A DNA stretch of 64,000 nt from an archaeon (GCA_041661245.1 JBAZUY010000001.1:64491-128490); one strand, 5' to 3'. Numbered from the stretch's first letter, positions 20,429 to 30,919 are shown. Notes: generated by a model not told the origin, from the letters alone. Made by a program: numbers and translations.

Positions 20429-21504
20429 TTAAACTCAAATAACTTTCTTTGAAAACCACTATTTTCATCAAAATTCGAAACCCTTACACCCACTCTTCTA
20501 ACACTTGAAAGAGTCTCATTCAAATATTCCTTTAAAAGATTGTGAACTATCTCTTGCAAATCTTCAATAGAAGAAATTGGTTCAAGTTTTGTTTTTGATT
20601 TAGTCACAGTATCCATCCGATCAGTAACAATTATTAGTGAAACCGTTTTGAATCTTTTTTTAAGTTCCAAAATCTCTTTGTAAAGTAGAACTGAGAGAAA
20701 ATCAATATTTTGAACAACAAACTCATACTCTCTTGAATCCTGTTTTATTGTCATCATCCTTGAGAGTTGTTGTTTTTCCCTATTGACCTCAACGGACCTA
20801 TCATCTTTTCCAAAAGCAAAATCATAAAACTTTACCCCATTTGCTTCACCAAACCAAGAAATTAAATCAACGCGTTGAAACTTTTTAATATCCGCTACAA
20901 GCAAAATATTATGTTTCTTAAACTCCTCTTCAGTTTTTGGTCCAACACCATGCAACGCAGAAACTTTTTGCTTTAAAAGAAATGAATCAACTTCATTTGG
21001 TTTTACTACAGAAAACCCATCAGGTTTTTTCATTGATGCCGCCATTTTTGCAATTACTTTATTTGGAGCTAGTCCAATTGAACATGTCAATCCTAATTCT
21101 GATTTAATTCTTTGTTTAATTTTATTACAAATTTCAATTGCTTTATCATAATCCGAGGGATTAGTTAAATCAAAGTAAGCTTCATCCACAGAAACCTGTT
21201 CAACTTTTTCACAAAAAAAATCCACTATCTCAAACACTTTAGCAGAAATTTCTTCATAATATGGCTTGTCAGCATTAATGAAAACTGTTTCTTTATTTGC
21301 TAGTTTTTGGGCTAACGAAAGAGGCATCCCTGAACTAATCTTTAGTGCTCTTGCCTCATAACTACAAGTGGCAATTGCCCCTGAATTCTCGCGAAGAGAA
21401 GGCATTACTATTACAACCGGCTTTCCTTTAAATTCTGGTTTTCGGATTATCTCCGCTTGCGCATAAAAGTAATCCAAATCAAGTAAAGCAATAATTCGTT
21501 CCAT
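20425..21504 (-). CDS. dinB: Y-family DNA polymerase IV (Dbh/DinB)
   Basis: IALLDLDYFYAQAE, SVDEAYFDL, GIGLAPNKVIAKMAS. There is a 4-nt overlap with nth. Start is taken at MERIIALLD. Confidence 0.85.
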   Translation of the reverse strand: MERIIALLDLDYFYAQAEIIRKPEFKGKPVVIVMPSLRENSGAIATCSYEARALKISSGMPLSLAQKLANKETVFINADKPYYEEISAKVFEIVDFFCEKVEQVSVDEAYFDLTNPSDYDKAIEICNKIKQRIKSELGLTCSIGLAPNKVIAKMAASMKKPDGFSVVKPNEVDSFLLKQKVSALHGVGPKTEEEFKKHNILLVADIKKFQRVDLISWFGEANGVKFYDFAFGKDDRSVEVNREKQQLSRMMTIKQDSREYEFVVQNIDFLSVLLYKEILELKKRFKTVSLIIVTDRMDTVTKSKTKLEPISSIEDLQEIVHNLLKEYLNETLSSVRRVGVRVSNFDENSGFQRKLFEFK

Positions 21505-21571
21505 TTCCCAAAACCCGTACATATTCTTTCCCTTCAACACTTTTTTAATGATTAGCAACTCCTTATTTGTG

Positions 21572-22384
21572 ATGAACAATAAGCAAAAAGAGAGCGCAGT
21601 AAAAGAACTCTACGAAAAATACCCTTACCCATCAAGGGATGACCCTAGTGAAGAGGATGTAAAATATTTTGCTAAATGGGTAGCAAAGATATTTGGAGAG
21701 AATACTACTTTTTGGAAGGATAAAACCGTACTCGAACTTGGGTGCGGGACAGGAGAACTCGCATGCGGTTTAGCCCTTTGTGGAGCAAGCGTAACTGGAA
21801 TTGATTTTAGTTCAACTTCAATAAAACACGCCACTAGTCTTGCAAAAAAACTTGGAGTTGCAAACAAAGCAAAATTTATTGAAAAAAACATTTTAGAAAT
21901 TACTTCGGATGATTTTAATAGAGGAAAATATGATGTTTGCATTGCACTTGGTTCACTCCACCACACAGTTGCCCCACGAAAAGGATTTGAGATACTTTCT
22001 TCAAAAGCAAAACAAAATGGACTTGTTATTGTTGGGTTGTATAACAAATACTCCCGAGCAAGGCAAAGAGTAAGACGAGTAATTCTTAGAGCATTTTGCG
22101 GGAATGATATTGAAAAAAGAATTACTTTTGGAGAGAAATATTTCGGAACAAATGGAAACAAATCCTGGGCAGCAGATAAGTATGGACAAATTCACGAAAG
22201 CTACCACAGTATTTTAGAAGTCTTAAAATGGTTTAAAGAAGAGAATCTTGTTTTTATTGCATCAAAACCAAAATTCAAAATGCCAATAATCGATGAGATT
22301 AAGTGGATGATGGAGAAAAAAGAGGCCTTTTTTGTAATGGTTGGCAAGAAAGAGGACAAGAAGAGAAGCGGGGCAAAGGTTTAA
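21572..22384 (+). CDS. Class I SAM-dependent methyltransferase
   Basis: VLELGCGTGE motif I and DVCIALGSLHH; start taken at ATG 21572. Confidence 0.75.
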   Translation: MNNKQKESAVKELYEKYPYPSRDDPSEEDVKYFAKWVAKIFGENTTFWKDKTVLELGCGTGELACGLALCGASVTGIDFSSTSIKHATSLAKKLGVANKAKFIEKNILEITSDDFNRGKYDVCIALGSLHHTVAPRKGFEILSSKAKQNGLVIVGLYNKYSRARQRVRRVILRAFCGNDIEKRITFGEKYFGTNGNKSWAADKYGQIHESYHSILEVLKWFKEENLVFIASKPKFKMPIIDEIKWMMEKKEAFFVMVGKKEDKKRSGAKV

Positions 22385-22429
22385 AACAACATATGAATGA
22401 AGTTTCATTTATCTTTGAGGTGTTAATTA

Positions 22430-22675
22430 ATGGCTAAAGTAACAGTGTACTCTACAAGCACTTGTCCTTACTGCGTAATGGCAAAGGACTGGTTGAAAGG
22501 AAAAAAAGTAGAATATGAAGATGTTAATGTGGGAATCAACCAAGAAAGAGCTCGCGAAATGATAACAAAAAGCGGACAAATGGGAGTTCCAGTAATTGAC
22601 ATTGACGGGGAAATAATTATTGGGTTTGACAGACCACGAATAGAAACTGCATTAAAAAATAAAAAACTAGTATAA
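22430..22675 (+). CDS. Glutaredoxin-like protein (NrdH/YruB type)
   Basis: VYSTSTCPYCVMAKDWL CPYC redox motif; GVPVIDIDGEIIIGFD. Confidence 0.8.
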   Translation: MAKVTVYSTSTCPYCVMAKDWLKGKKVEYEDVNVGINQERAREMITKSGQMGVPVIDIDGEIIIGFDRPRIETALKNKKLV

Positions 22676-22713
22676 TAAAAATAAATAAGTTAATTTGGAA
22701 TTGCACTCATTCG

Positions 22714-23082
22714 CTAACAAGTAGTGTGGATGAGTGCGTTAACTTTTTCTCCGCGTTTAATATCAGCATTTATTCTATCCACTGCCAAAGGAGAAGGTAA
22801 GATAATTAGAGCCGTTCGTTGTTTTAAAATAGTTTCAGCATCAGGAGCCAATTTCAACAAACTCTCATGCCCAATGCCAATTACAACTTCCCAAGGATTT
22901 CCCCTCAAAAGCTCTTTAGCTTCATCAAGATCAACAAGGTGAATGGACCCATACTTTTTGTTTAATTTATCATAATCTCGTGGAAAAACTCTTCCATCCA
23001 CAAATAGGATATCTCTTAATTCGGTTCCGTCAAAAGAAATTTTTCCCCACTCAAGTCTAAAACTTTGAATCTTTTCTTCCAA
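22714..23082 (-). CDS. Mth938-like (DUF498) domain protein
   Basis: WGKISFDG...EVVIGIGHESLLKL...LIILPSPLAV...ALIHTTC matches the Mth938 family layout. Confidence 0.7.
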   Translation of the reverse strand: MEEKIQSFRLEWGKISFDGTELRDILFVDGRVFPRDYDKLNKKYGSIHLVDLDEAKELLRGNPWEVVIGIGHESLLKLAPDAETILKQRTALIILPSPLAVDRINADIKRGEKVNALIHTTC

Positions 23083-23098
23083 GTATAATCACTTCACT

Positions 23099-23848
23099 TC
23101 AAATTTTTAGTTTTCCTTCAAAAAATTTGAAATAAATCATCAAGACTACTACTAACCCGCCGAGAACTACCCACCATTGTCGAGTTAAATCAACTTCAAT
23201 TAATCTCATGGATTGCATCCCTAGTTCTATGAGCAAAATTACTAACCAAAGTAAAACCGCCCAAAAAATTGCTTTCTTCCACCAGACGTTAACAAACATT
23301 GCTCTACTTCTTGTATGAGAACTTACTTGAGGCATTGGTTCTTCCTCGCCCGATTCATCAATATTTTCTTCGCCAGTTTCTCCCGTTTCATCATCTAAAG
23401 GTTCGCCGAATTCATCAACAGCTCCTTCTTCATTCGCTTCCCCTTCTTCTAAAGGGGCTTCCTCGTTGGAATCAAAATTCTCTTCAACTTGTTTTTTTCC
23501 TTTTTGTAAAGGAACTGGATCTTCAGTATCATCAATACTGTTTTCATCCAAATCAGCTTCCATTTGTTTTCGCTTCAAGTATCTACTTCGTCTTGAATCA
23601 AACTTTCTTTGTGGCTCTTCATCCATTTGATACTTTTGTGCAGGAGGAAGAATTCGTTGCTCAGGTGCAGAAACATAAACTGGTTTTTCAACAATAAAAG
23701 TTTTGATTCTAACAGTTTCTTTCTTTTGCTGAGGGATAACATCTTTCATTCTTGCAAAAAATCCCATCGGTACTTCTTTGACTTTAGTAACAGGTTTTGC
23801 AGCGAAACGCTTCTTAGGCTTACTTTTCTTCTTGGCCATAACTAGCAA
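23099..23848 (-). CDS. Low-complexity protein: basic N-terminus, acidic middle, two C-terminal TM helices
   Basis: KKKSKPKKRFAAKP; EEGEANEEGAVDEFGEPLDDETGETGEENIDESGEEE; WAVLLWLVILLIELG and VVLGGLVVVLMIYF. Confidence 0.4.
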   Translation of the reverse strand: MLVMAKKKSKPKKRFAAKPVTKVKEVPMGFFARMKDVIPQQKKETVRIKTFIVEKPVYVSAPEQRILPPAQKYQMDEEPQRKFDSRRSRYLKRKQMEADLDENSIDDTEDPVPLQKGKKQVEENFDSNEEAPLEEGEANEEGAVDEFGEPLDDETGETGEENIDESGEEEPMPQVSSHTRSRAMFVNVWWKKAIFWAVLLWLVILLIELGMQSMRLIEVDLTRQWWVVLGGLVVVLMIYFKFFEGKLKI

Positions 23849-23913
23849 CTAAAAGGGAAAAACCCCTATTTAATGGTTTCTAGAGGAAAAATTCCAAAAA
23901 TAAGAACTTTGAT

Positions 23914-24705
23914 TTATGCAGCTTCTATCACAACTAGTTGAACAAAGATAGTCCCAAAGAACTCATTTTGGTAAGCAATTACTTTTCCATTATTCATTAA
24001 GAACAAAACTGGAAGAAATGTATCTACAATAGAATCGACTTCACCGCTATTACCAGTCAAGTCACTAAACAAAACTACCCCTTGCGAATCAGCTTTACTT
24101 TTAATTAAATCAAAAACTTCCTGCATTTTTTCTTCAATTGAAGAAGAATCAAAATTAATTTCAATTCGAGGCATGTTTCTTGCAGAGGCTTTTTTTGGGG
24201 TAGTTCTTTGAATAATATCCTCAATACTTGAAACTAATTCATCAAGAGTAATTCTTCCTTCCCTTGCCATTCTATTACTCATTAAATCAGGAACTTCTCC
24301 AAGCATTAAGGCTCTTTGCTCAGGAGTTAATACTGCCACTTCCTCTTTATCATCAAGAGAAGATAAACGCAAATATTTTGATTTAGTTTTAACTAAAATT
24401 GCACAAGCTAAAATTGCATTAGCTGGAACTCTCAAATTATGCCCCGACAAATCATTAATTTTTTTAATATACTTCTCAGTTAATTCAATGACATCAATAT
24501 CCCAAGGATTCATTTTCTCGGATTCAACTAAATCAAGCAAAATTGTTTTCCACGCAGGCTGATCAATAAGATCCACTAAATCCATTTTGGAATAATCTCT
24601 TTCAAATTCTACTTCATTTGAATTAAATTCAGATTCATTTATTTCAACTTCAACAGAAACAGCTTCCGCGACAGAGGAAGAACTTTTTGATAAAGACTTA
24701 GGCAT
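23914..24705 (-). CDS. scpA: Segregation and condensation protein A (kleisin ScpA)
   Basis: MNPWDIDVIELTEKYIKKI block and a C-terminal winged-helix-like end. Confidence 0.6.
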   Translation of the reverse strand: MPKSLSKSSSSVAEAVSVEVEINESEFNSNEVEFERDYSKMDLVDLIDQPAWKTILLDLVESEKMNPWDIDVIELTEKYIKKINDLSGHNLRVPANAILACAILVKTKSKYLRLSSLDDKEEVAVLTPEQRALMLGEVPDLMSNRMAREGRITLDELVSSIEDIIQRTTPKKASARNMPRIEINFDSSSIEEKMQEVFDLIKSKADSQGVVLFSDLTGNSGEVDSIVDTFLPVLFLMNNGKVIAYQNEFFGTIFVQLVVIEAA

Positions 24706-24859
24706 ACTATAAATAAGTGCGAGGATGCTTTTAAACTTTTCTTATGTAGAAGTAAAGAGTTTTGTAATGGAATAACTTTGCAAATTCTCCAAGTAAGCCT
24801 TAAATATCACTTAATCCCTTAACTTTGAAGTAGAAAAAGAAAATATTTTTTTTTGAAAG

Positions 24860-25579
24860 GTGATTGTGTTGGAACGAACTAAAACTGGAATACCAGGCGT
24901 TGATGAATTATTAAATGGAGGAATACCTAAAGGAAGTAATGTTTTAGTTGCAGGGGGAGCAGGAACTGGAAAAACTATTTTTACAACACAATACTTATAC
25001 AATGGAGCTTTACAATACGGCGAACCAGGAGTATTTGTTACACTTGAAGGCAATGTAAGAGATATTGCTTGGAACATGGAATCATTCCAATGGGACATTA
25101 AAAATTTGCAAGACCAAGGAATGTTCACTATTTACCGATTAGGAATGGAATTTATTAAAGATCGAGCAATGCTTGAAGAAAGACTTGATGAACAACTTGC
25201 TGAAATAAAAAAAGAGGTAGAAGAAATTCACGCAAAAAGATTAGTAATTGATTCAACAACTGTTTTTGGAGCATACCTTGAACCAAGTTTATTACGAACT
25301 ACTTTATTCAAATTTTGTGATCAACTAAAAACAATGGGTTGTACAACATTACTCACTTCTGAAACACAACCAACAAAAAATACTTTCTCAGCATTTGGAG
25401 TAGAAGAATTTGTTGTTGACGGAATATTTGCATTATATTTCTCTCCACCAAACAGAAGCTTGTTTGTTAGAAAAATGAGAGGAACAGTACACGACAAAAA
25501 TCCACACCCATTAGAAATTACTAACAAAGGAGTAGTTGTTAACTCAAGAGATAGCATTATTTGGGAATCAATCAAGTGA
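24860..25579 (+). CDS. Single-domain KaiC/RecA-superfamily ATPase
   Basis: TGIPGVDELLNGGIPKGSNVLVAGGAGTGKT (Walker A) and RLVIDS (Walker B). Start codon is uncertain (GTG/TTG after aaggtga). Confidence 0.8.
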   Translation: MIVLERTKTGIPGVDELLNGGIPKGSNVLVAGGAGTGKTIFTTQYLYNGALQYGEPGVFVTLEGNVRDIAWNMESFQWDIKNLQDQGMFTIYRLGMEFIKDRAMLEERLDEQLAEIKKEVEEIHAKRLVIDSTTVFGAYLEPSLLRTTLFKFCDQLKTMGCTTLLTSETQPTKNTFSAFGVEEFVVDGIFALYFSPPNRSLFVRKMRGTVHDKNPHPLEITNKGVVVNSRDSIIWESIK

Positions 25580-25660
25580 TTGCAGGCAATCAAATGATTA
25601 CCAGCATTTAAGGAATCACAAGCAATTAATTAATCAATATTTATAAAAGGGATCGAAATT

Positions 25661-25912
25661 ATGCCACGAGTAAGACCTTTGTTCAGATTAAAAAAAACAA
25701 TCCCTGGACAGACTGTTGCCCACTGGAATGAGCCAAAACATATTGTTAATGGAACTTTTAATCCACAAGAGGGAAAAGTACATCAACTTGCCCCAGGAAC
25801 ATCAAACAAAAAAATGAGAAATCTAACAATGAGAAGAATCCCAGACATTGAAAATATTAAAGCAATTCTAAAAAGAAGAAAGCAACTTGCCAAATCAAGA
25901 AAACAAAATTAA
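25661..25912 (+). CDS. Small basic protein, paralog 1
   Basis: 83 aa. It shares the N-terminal pattern M..(V/L)RP...(L/I)KK.I.G and NP.EG...QLA with the next ORF. Confidence 0.5.
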   Translation: MPRVRPLFRLKKTIPGQTVAHWNEPKHIVNGTFNPQEGKVHQLAPGTSNKKMRNLTMRRIPDIENIKAILKRRKQLAKSRKQN

Positions 25913-25923
25913 CGGTGAATAAA

Positions 25924-26214
25924 ATGGTTTCACTAAGACCCCCATTACTTAAGATAAAAAAGCCAATAGACGGACTAAAGGCCTCTTCCAGAAGAAGCGC
26001 AAGTTCCCCAAACCCTAATGAAGGAATAATTTTTCAGCTCGCAGCAAATGCAGGAAGTAGAAAACTGCAAAGAGCAATTATCCGCACAGAAAAAGCACTT
26101 GAAAAGCACTACCCTGAATTTTCAACTGTGAATGGGCGACAAGTTAGAAATTTACCATCAAATGCAAAGATAAAACTCACAAACAGACTTGCAAGATTAA
26201 AGTCGATTAAGTAA
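25924..26214 (+). CDS. Small basic protein, paralog 2
   Basis: MVSLRPPLLKIKKPIDG...NPNEGIIFQLA aligns with MPRVRPLFRLKKTIPG...NPQEGKVHQLA of the upstream ORF. Confidence 0.5.
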   Translation: MVSLRPPLLKIKKPIDGLKASSRRSASSPNPNEGIIFQLAANAGSRKLQRAIIRTEKALEKHYPEFSTVNGRQVRNLPSNAKIKLTNRLARLKSIK

Positions 26215-26245
26215 ACTTAAAACCCTTTGGAATTACTATTTATTT

Positions 26246-26902
26246 ATGAGACTGACAAAATTCGCACAATCCTGCATAATGCTTGAAGAAGGCAAAACTA
26301 AACTTTTAGTTGATCCGGGCGCTTATCTCCTTGATGAAAAAACAATCAAAGCTTGGGGCAAACCAGATTTTGTTTTAGTAACACACAAACACCAAGATCA
26401 CTTTGATGAAACAGCTGCTAAAAAAATTATTTCCTCAAGAATTAAATTTTATTCAACAAAAGAAGTTGCAAAAACTTACCCATCAATTAAGTTTAGAACT
26501 GTAAATAAAGGACAAAAATTTACTCTTGGGAAATTTACTGTTGAAGTTGTACACGCAGAACATGGATACAACCCACTACTCAAAGGAGAAAAAGAAGTAC
26601 ATGAAGGAATTGGATTCATGATAGACAATGGACTAAGAAAAGTTTATCACACAGGAGACACAATTTGTTTCCCAAACAATTACAAATGTGACGTAATTTG
26701 TTTACCTTACAATAACCACGGCGTTTGTATGGGACCATTTGAAGCAGCACTCTTTGCAAAAGAAACTAATCCAATTTTAGTTTTACCAATGCACGCAGAT
26801 AGTCCAAAATTTCCTGCTGATAATCTAAAATTTGAAGAAGAATTAAAAAAGAATGAATTAAAATATAGATTCTTAAAAATAGGTGAAAGTATCGAACTTT
26901 GA
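26246..26902 (+). CDS. MBL-fold metallo-hydrolase
   Basis: VLVTHKHQDHFD (HxHxDH) and a later HTGDT. Confidence 0.75.
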   Translation: MRLTKFAQSCIMLEEGKTKLLVDPGAYLLDEKTIKAWGKPDFVLVTHKHQDHFDETAAKKIISSRIKFYSTKEVAKTYPSIKFRTVNKGQKFTLGKFTVEVVHAEHGYNPLLKGEKEVHEGIGFMIDNGLRKVYHTGDTICFPNNYKCDVICLPYNNHGVCMGPFEAALFAKETNPILVLPMHADSPKFPADNLKFEEELKKNELKYRFLKIGESIEL

Positions 26903-26959
26903 ATTCAGCACAAGTACCGAACTCTAAGTTCAACACAATCAAAAACTAAAAACTTATTT

Positions 26960-27634
26960 CTAATTCTTCTTTGCAATTTTTGCAATTATATTTTCTGCTG
27001 CGGCAACACTATCTGCAGGAGAAACATTCCCATCATACCTATGCAACAAACCTTTTTTGTCATAGTATTGGATTAATGGAGAAGTTTTTTCTAGGAAAGT
27101 ATCGTATCTTTTTGCAATAGTTTCTGGTTTATCATCATCACGTTGGATTAACTTTGCACCATCATCATCACAAACCCCTACCTGTTTTGGAGGGATAGTT
27201 ACAGTATTGTAAACTTTTTTACATTTCTCGCAAGTCCATCTTGATGAAAGTCTTCTTACTACACTTTCTTTTGAAGACTCAATGTAAATAACTGCGGCCA
27301 ATTTTTGGTTTACTTTAGCAAGAATATCATCAAGCATTGGGGCTTGAGCAAGAGTTCTTGGAAAACCATCAAAAATAACTCCGTTAAATCCTTCTGAAGA
27401 AACTTTTTTCTTTAAGTCCTTTGAAAGCATTTCTCCAACAAGATCATCAGAAACAAGTTTGCCTGAAACCATTATTTCGTTAAGTTTCTTTCCTAAATCT
27501 GAACCGCTTGCAACTTCAGCCCTAAGCAAATCTCCCGTAGAGACTTGATTTAATTTGTACTTATCCATTACAGCTTGTGCAACTGTACCTTTCCCTGCGC
27601 CAGGGGGCCCTAAAAATATTAAGTTCAATGCCAT
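26960..27634 (-). CDS. adk: Adenylate kinase (long, zinc-lid, bacterial-like type)
   Basis: LIFLGPPGAGKGT P-loop, GFPRT, lid CEKC...CDDDG. Confidence 0.9.
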   Translation of the reverse strand: MALNLIFLGPPGAGKGTVAQAVMDKYKLNQVSTGDLLRAEVASGSDLGKKLNEIMVSGKLVSDDLVGEMLSKDLKKKVSSEGFNGVIFDGFPRTLAQAPMLDDILAKVNQKLAAVIYIESSKESVVRRLSSRWTCEKCKKVYNTVTIPPKQVGVCDDDGAKLIQRDDDKPETIAKRYDTFLEKTSPLIQYYDKKGLLHRYDGNVSPADSVAAAENIIAKIAKKN

Positions 27635-27694
27635 TTCTTCTCACCAAAAGAAAATTTGAAGGAATGGTTTTAAAAATCCACTTTGGGGAAGGGG

Positions 27695-28576
27695 TTAGTT
27701 AAGGACTTTAATGTCAAAAACAACTTGCTCCTTTGTTGGAGAAAACTGCCTTACTCTTGCTCTTCGAATAATTTCCACTTTTCTTTTTGCTTTCTTTGCG
27801 GCGTCAAATATTTGTTTCTCAGGAGTAGCAAAATCATCCTTTACTACAATTTCATAAAAATGTATTACCCCTTTTGGTTTAATGCAACTATATGCTTCTG
27901 AAAGAAATTGATACCCCGTATGAGGAAGAGGCATCGCAATTCTGTCAAAGAGTTTTTTGTATTTTTTATAAACTTTCTTTACATCCCCTTTTACAAAAAC
28001 AACTCTTTCATCCCCTTTAGGAGAACCATTATTTATTTTATTAATTACTGCATTTTCTTTTGCATATTTATGCGCAACCGGATTAAGTTCAATTGCAACA
28101 ATCTTTCCTGCTTTGGAATTCTTTGCAAAAACAATTGGGTAAGGGCCAACACCACTAAACCAACAACCAACTACTTCATTTGGCTGAATTAGTGAAGCAA
28201 TTCTACTTCTTTCTCCGCCAAGTCTAGGTGAAAAGAAAACTTTTCCAAGAGGAACTAATAAAGTACAACCACTTTCACGATAAGTTGCAACAGTTTGCTT
28301 TTTTCCAGCAATTACTTTAACTTTTTGAACACGATATTTTCCTTCATGATTACTTTCAATACTACAAACGGTTTCAAACCGAGGATTCATTTCAATTAAA
28401 GTTTCCCCAATCAATTTTTTTCTCTTTGAAAGTTCCCTTGGAATTTCAATTACTGCAATATTCCCAAAAGAATCAAAAGCATTAGTTGCAAAAGGTTTTT
28501 CTTTTTCAGGGAGTTTCAAAAGAAGCGCTTCCCTTAGAGTAGTTGGTTTTTTTTGTTCTAAACTAACTGAATCCAT
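27695..28576 (-). CDS. trm5: tRNA (guanine37-N1)-methyltransferase Trm5 family
   Basis: VFFSPRLGGERSRI and the WFSGVGPY SAM-binding block. Confidence 0.7.
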   Translation of the reverse strand: MDSVSLEQKKPTTLREALLLKLPEKEKPFATNAFDSFGNIAVIEIPRELSKRKKLIGETLIEMNPRFETVCSIESNHEGKYRVQKVKVIAGKKQTVATYRESGCTLLVPLGKVFFSPRLGGERSRIASLIQPNEVVGCWFSGVGPYPIVFAKNSKAGKIVAIELNPVAHKYAKENAVINKINNGSPKGDERVVFVKGDVKKVYKKYKKLFDRIAMPLPHTGYQFLSEAYSCIKPKGVIHFYEIVVKDDFATPEKQIFDAAKKAKRKVEIIRRARVRQFSPTKEQVVFDIKVLN

Positions 28577-28628
28577 ACTTTATTTGCTTAACAAAAAGGG
28601 TTAAATACAAATCCGCCCTAACTTTGGC

Positions 28629-29519
28629 ATGGACACAAGCTTGTTTTACGAGTTCTTTGTTAAACCAATAATAAGCCCCGAAGTACAAGGATACAACCTA
28701 GTAAACACCGCAATTTACATTATCCTGTTGGTTTCAGCCTGTGCATTAATTTACTACCTCTTGCGGAAAAGAATTGAATTTAATTACAAATTTTTTATTG
28801 CACTAATCCCTTACATTTTATTTGGAATTTCTCTAAGAGTAATCATGCACCAAGTAGAAGCAGGAAGTTTATTCATTTACGGATTAACTAAAACAGCTAA
28901 TCCTCTTGAAATTGGATTTTGGTTTTTCACTCCAGGAGTATGGATTTTCACTTTTGTTGTTGTACTAATTGGACTACTCCTTGCAGGCATATTAAAGAAA
29001 AACAAACAATTAGATTACACAGTTTTGTTTACCATTGGAGGATTATTTGCACTTTTCCCAATAGTGTTTAACTTTATTCATTTTAATAATTGGGTAGTTT
29101 TCCTTGAAACAATTGCCCTAATTGCAATTGTATCTTATGGGATATGCAAATTAATTGACAAATATACAAAATACAAAATCTTCTCTGACCCAATTAATTT
29201 ATTTATCGTAACAGGACAAGCAATTGATGGAATTGCAAGCAGTATTGCAATAACTTTTTTTAATTTCTCAGAACAACATGTCGTTTCAAACATGGTAATG
29301 AATATCCATCCAGCTTTATTTGTTCTAATAAAAGTTATACTTTCAATTCTGATTTGTTGGAGCTTGGACGATTATTTGAAGGATGAAAAGAAAGAAGACA
29401 AAAAACACTTAGAAAAGATGAAGAACAAGAAAAATCTCGTGGGTTTTATTAAAGTAATAATTGCAATACTTGGATTTGCTACGGGCCTTGCAAGTTTATT
29501 CAAACTAGGGATAATATAA
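28629..29519 (+). CDS. DUF63-family polytopic membrane protein
   Basis: Seven or more TM helices. The N-terminal FVKPIISPEVQGYNLVNTAIY resembles archaeal DUF63. Confidence 0.5.
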   Translation: MDTSLFYEFFVKPIISPEVQGYNLVNTAIYIILLVSACALIYYLLRKRIEFNYKFFIALIPYILFGISLRVIMHQVEAGSLFIYGLTKTANPLEIGFWFFTPGVWIFTFVVVLIGLLLAGILKKNKQLDYTVLFTIGGLFALFPIVFNFIHFNNWVVFLETIALIAIVSYGICKLIDKYTKYKIFSDPINLFIVTGQAIDGIASSIAITFFNFSEQHVVSNMVMNIHPALFVLIKVILSILICWSLDDYLKDEKKEDKKHLEKMKNKKNLVGFIKVIIAILGFATGLASLFKLGII

Positions 29520-29551
29520 CTTGCTTTTTCAAAGTGAATTATTCAATAAGA

Positions 29552-30067
29552 CTACTGTATTATTCGCGCCTTAATCAGATTTGATGCTACTGAGGAAATA
29601 GTTTGATTGGAAAATCCAAAAGCAGTACCTGAAACTTTCCTAAATTTTACTTTTACCCGAGCGCTAAATTCCCCAAATGTACTTTTTTCAGTTTGGGACA
29701 AAAGAGCCCATAAAATGCATTTAGCAACAAGTGGACGTACTGTGACTCCGACTCTTTGTGCAGGGCTAGAAGCAAATATCTTTTCTCCAGAAAATAGTAA
29801 TTTTAATCTCTTATCAAGCCCAGGGTGTGTGAAAACCGTATCTGCATTAAGTTTTCTTTGCCACACAGGAGAAACAGCTGATTTCTCGATATAAAAACGC
29901 GCTCGCTCGGAGACAAATCCCAAATTTGCAGCTTCATGCAATGGAAGAACATTATCTCGTTGAAATATCTTAGACTTGCCCATACTTGGCTCAGGATCAT
30001 GCTTTGGTCTGCCCCCAACAGTTCTTCCAAAAAAACTATATGATTTCTTCAAAATATATTCCCCCAA
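29552..30067 (-). CDS. Hypothetical protein, paralog of 31281-31751
   Basis: Shares R(D/A)N.LPLH and T(V/T)(R/Q)P(L/I)(V/I)...I..AL blocks with the 156-aa ORF. Confidence 0.45.
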   Translation of the reverse strand: MGEYILKKSYSFFGRTVGGRPKHDPEPSMGKSKIFQRDNVLPLHEAANLGFVSERARFYIEKSAVSPVWQRKLNADTVFTHPGLDKRLKLLFSGEKIFASSPAQRVGVTVRPLVAKCILWALLSQTEKSTFGEFSARVKVKFRKVSGTAFGFSNQTISSVASNLIKARIIQ

Positions 30068-30139
30068 AATACAGGATGCTCAATAGGAGTTACGCGAGCG
30101 AGTATTAAAACCTTTTCAATTATTCAATTTTTGATCAGA

Positions 30140-30919
30140 ATGCTTTATTTAATTGGAATTGGACTAAAACCATCACACTTGACACTTGAAGCACTTGAAT
30201 GCATAAAAAAAAGCGACCAGGCATTCCTTGAAGTCTATACTTCCCAATATAGTGAAGGACTTTTAAAAGAATTAAGAGATTTAACTGGAAAAGACATAAA
30301 AGAAATTAACCGAACAGATGTTGAAGAGAATTTTACTTCCGCACTTACAAGCGCAAACAAAAACAATATTTGCTTACTTGTATTTGGAAACCCCCTAACT
30401 GCAACCACACACATTCAACTCTTGCTTGATGCCAAAGAAGCAGGAATAAAATACAAAGTTATCCCCGGAATTTCAATTACAAATATGATTGCAGAAAGCG
30501 GACTTGATGAATACAAATTTGGACGAACAGTAACCATTTGTTACCACTTGCCAAATTTTGAACCAGATTCATTTTATACCCAAATAAAAGAAAATCAAAA
30601 AATGGGACTACACACACTTTGTTTACTAGATATTAAAAAAGATCAACCACAACAAAGACTAATGAATTCTGTTGAAGCAATAGAAGTACTTGAAAAAATA
30701 ATGCTTAAGAAAAAACAAAAGGATAAATTCTTGTATATTGCACTACTCGGAATGGGATCTGAAAAACAAAAGATTCTCGTTGGAAGAAAAATGATATTCA
30801 CTTCAAAAGAAATTCATGAAGTTTACCCGCAAAGTATGATTATCCCCGGAAAAATGAATGAAAAAGAAAAAGAAATTGTAAAAAAGTTATACGATCCATT
30901 AATTGAATGGAAGGATTAA
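30140..30919 (+). CDS. dph5: Diphthine synthase
   Basis: MLYLIGIGL start, LVFGNPLTATTH and PGISI blocks of the tetrapyrrole-methylase-fold Dph5. Confidence 0.85.
   Translation: MLYLIGIGLKPSHLTLEALECIKKSDQAFLEVYTSQYSEGLLKELRDLTGKDIKEINRTDVEENFTSALTSANKNNICLLVFGNPLTATTHIQLLLDAKEAGIKYKVIPGISITNMIAESGLDEYKFGRTVTICYHLPNFEPDSFYTQIKENQKMGLHTLCLLDIKKDQPQQRLMNSVEAIEVLEKIMLKKKQKDKFLYIALLGMGSEKQKILVGRKMIFTSKEIHEVYPQSMIIPGKMNEKEKEIVKKLYDPLIEWKD

Noticed and set aside
21625-22161. 178-aa minus-strand ORF
   Set aside because: Fully antisense to the SAM-methyltransferase gene, which carries clear motifs (VLELGCGTGE); no motifs of its own.
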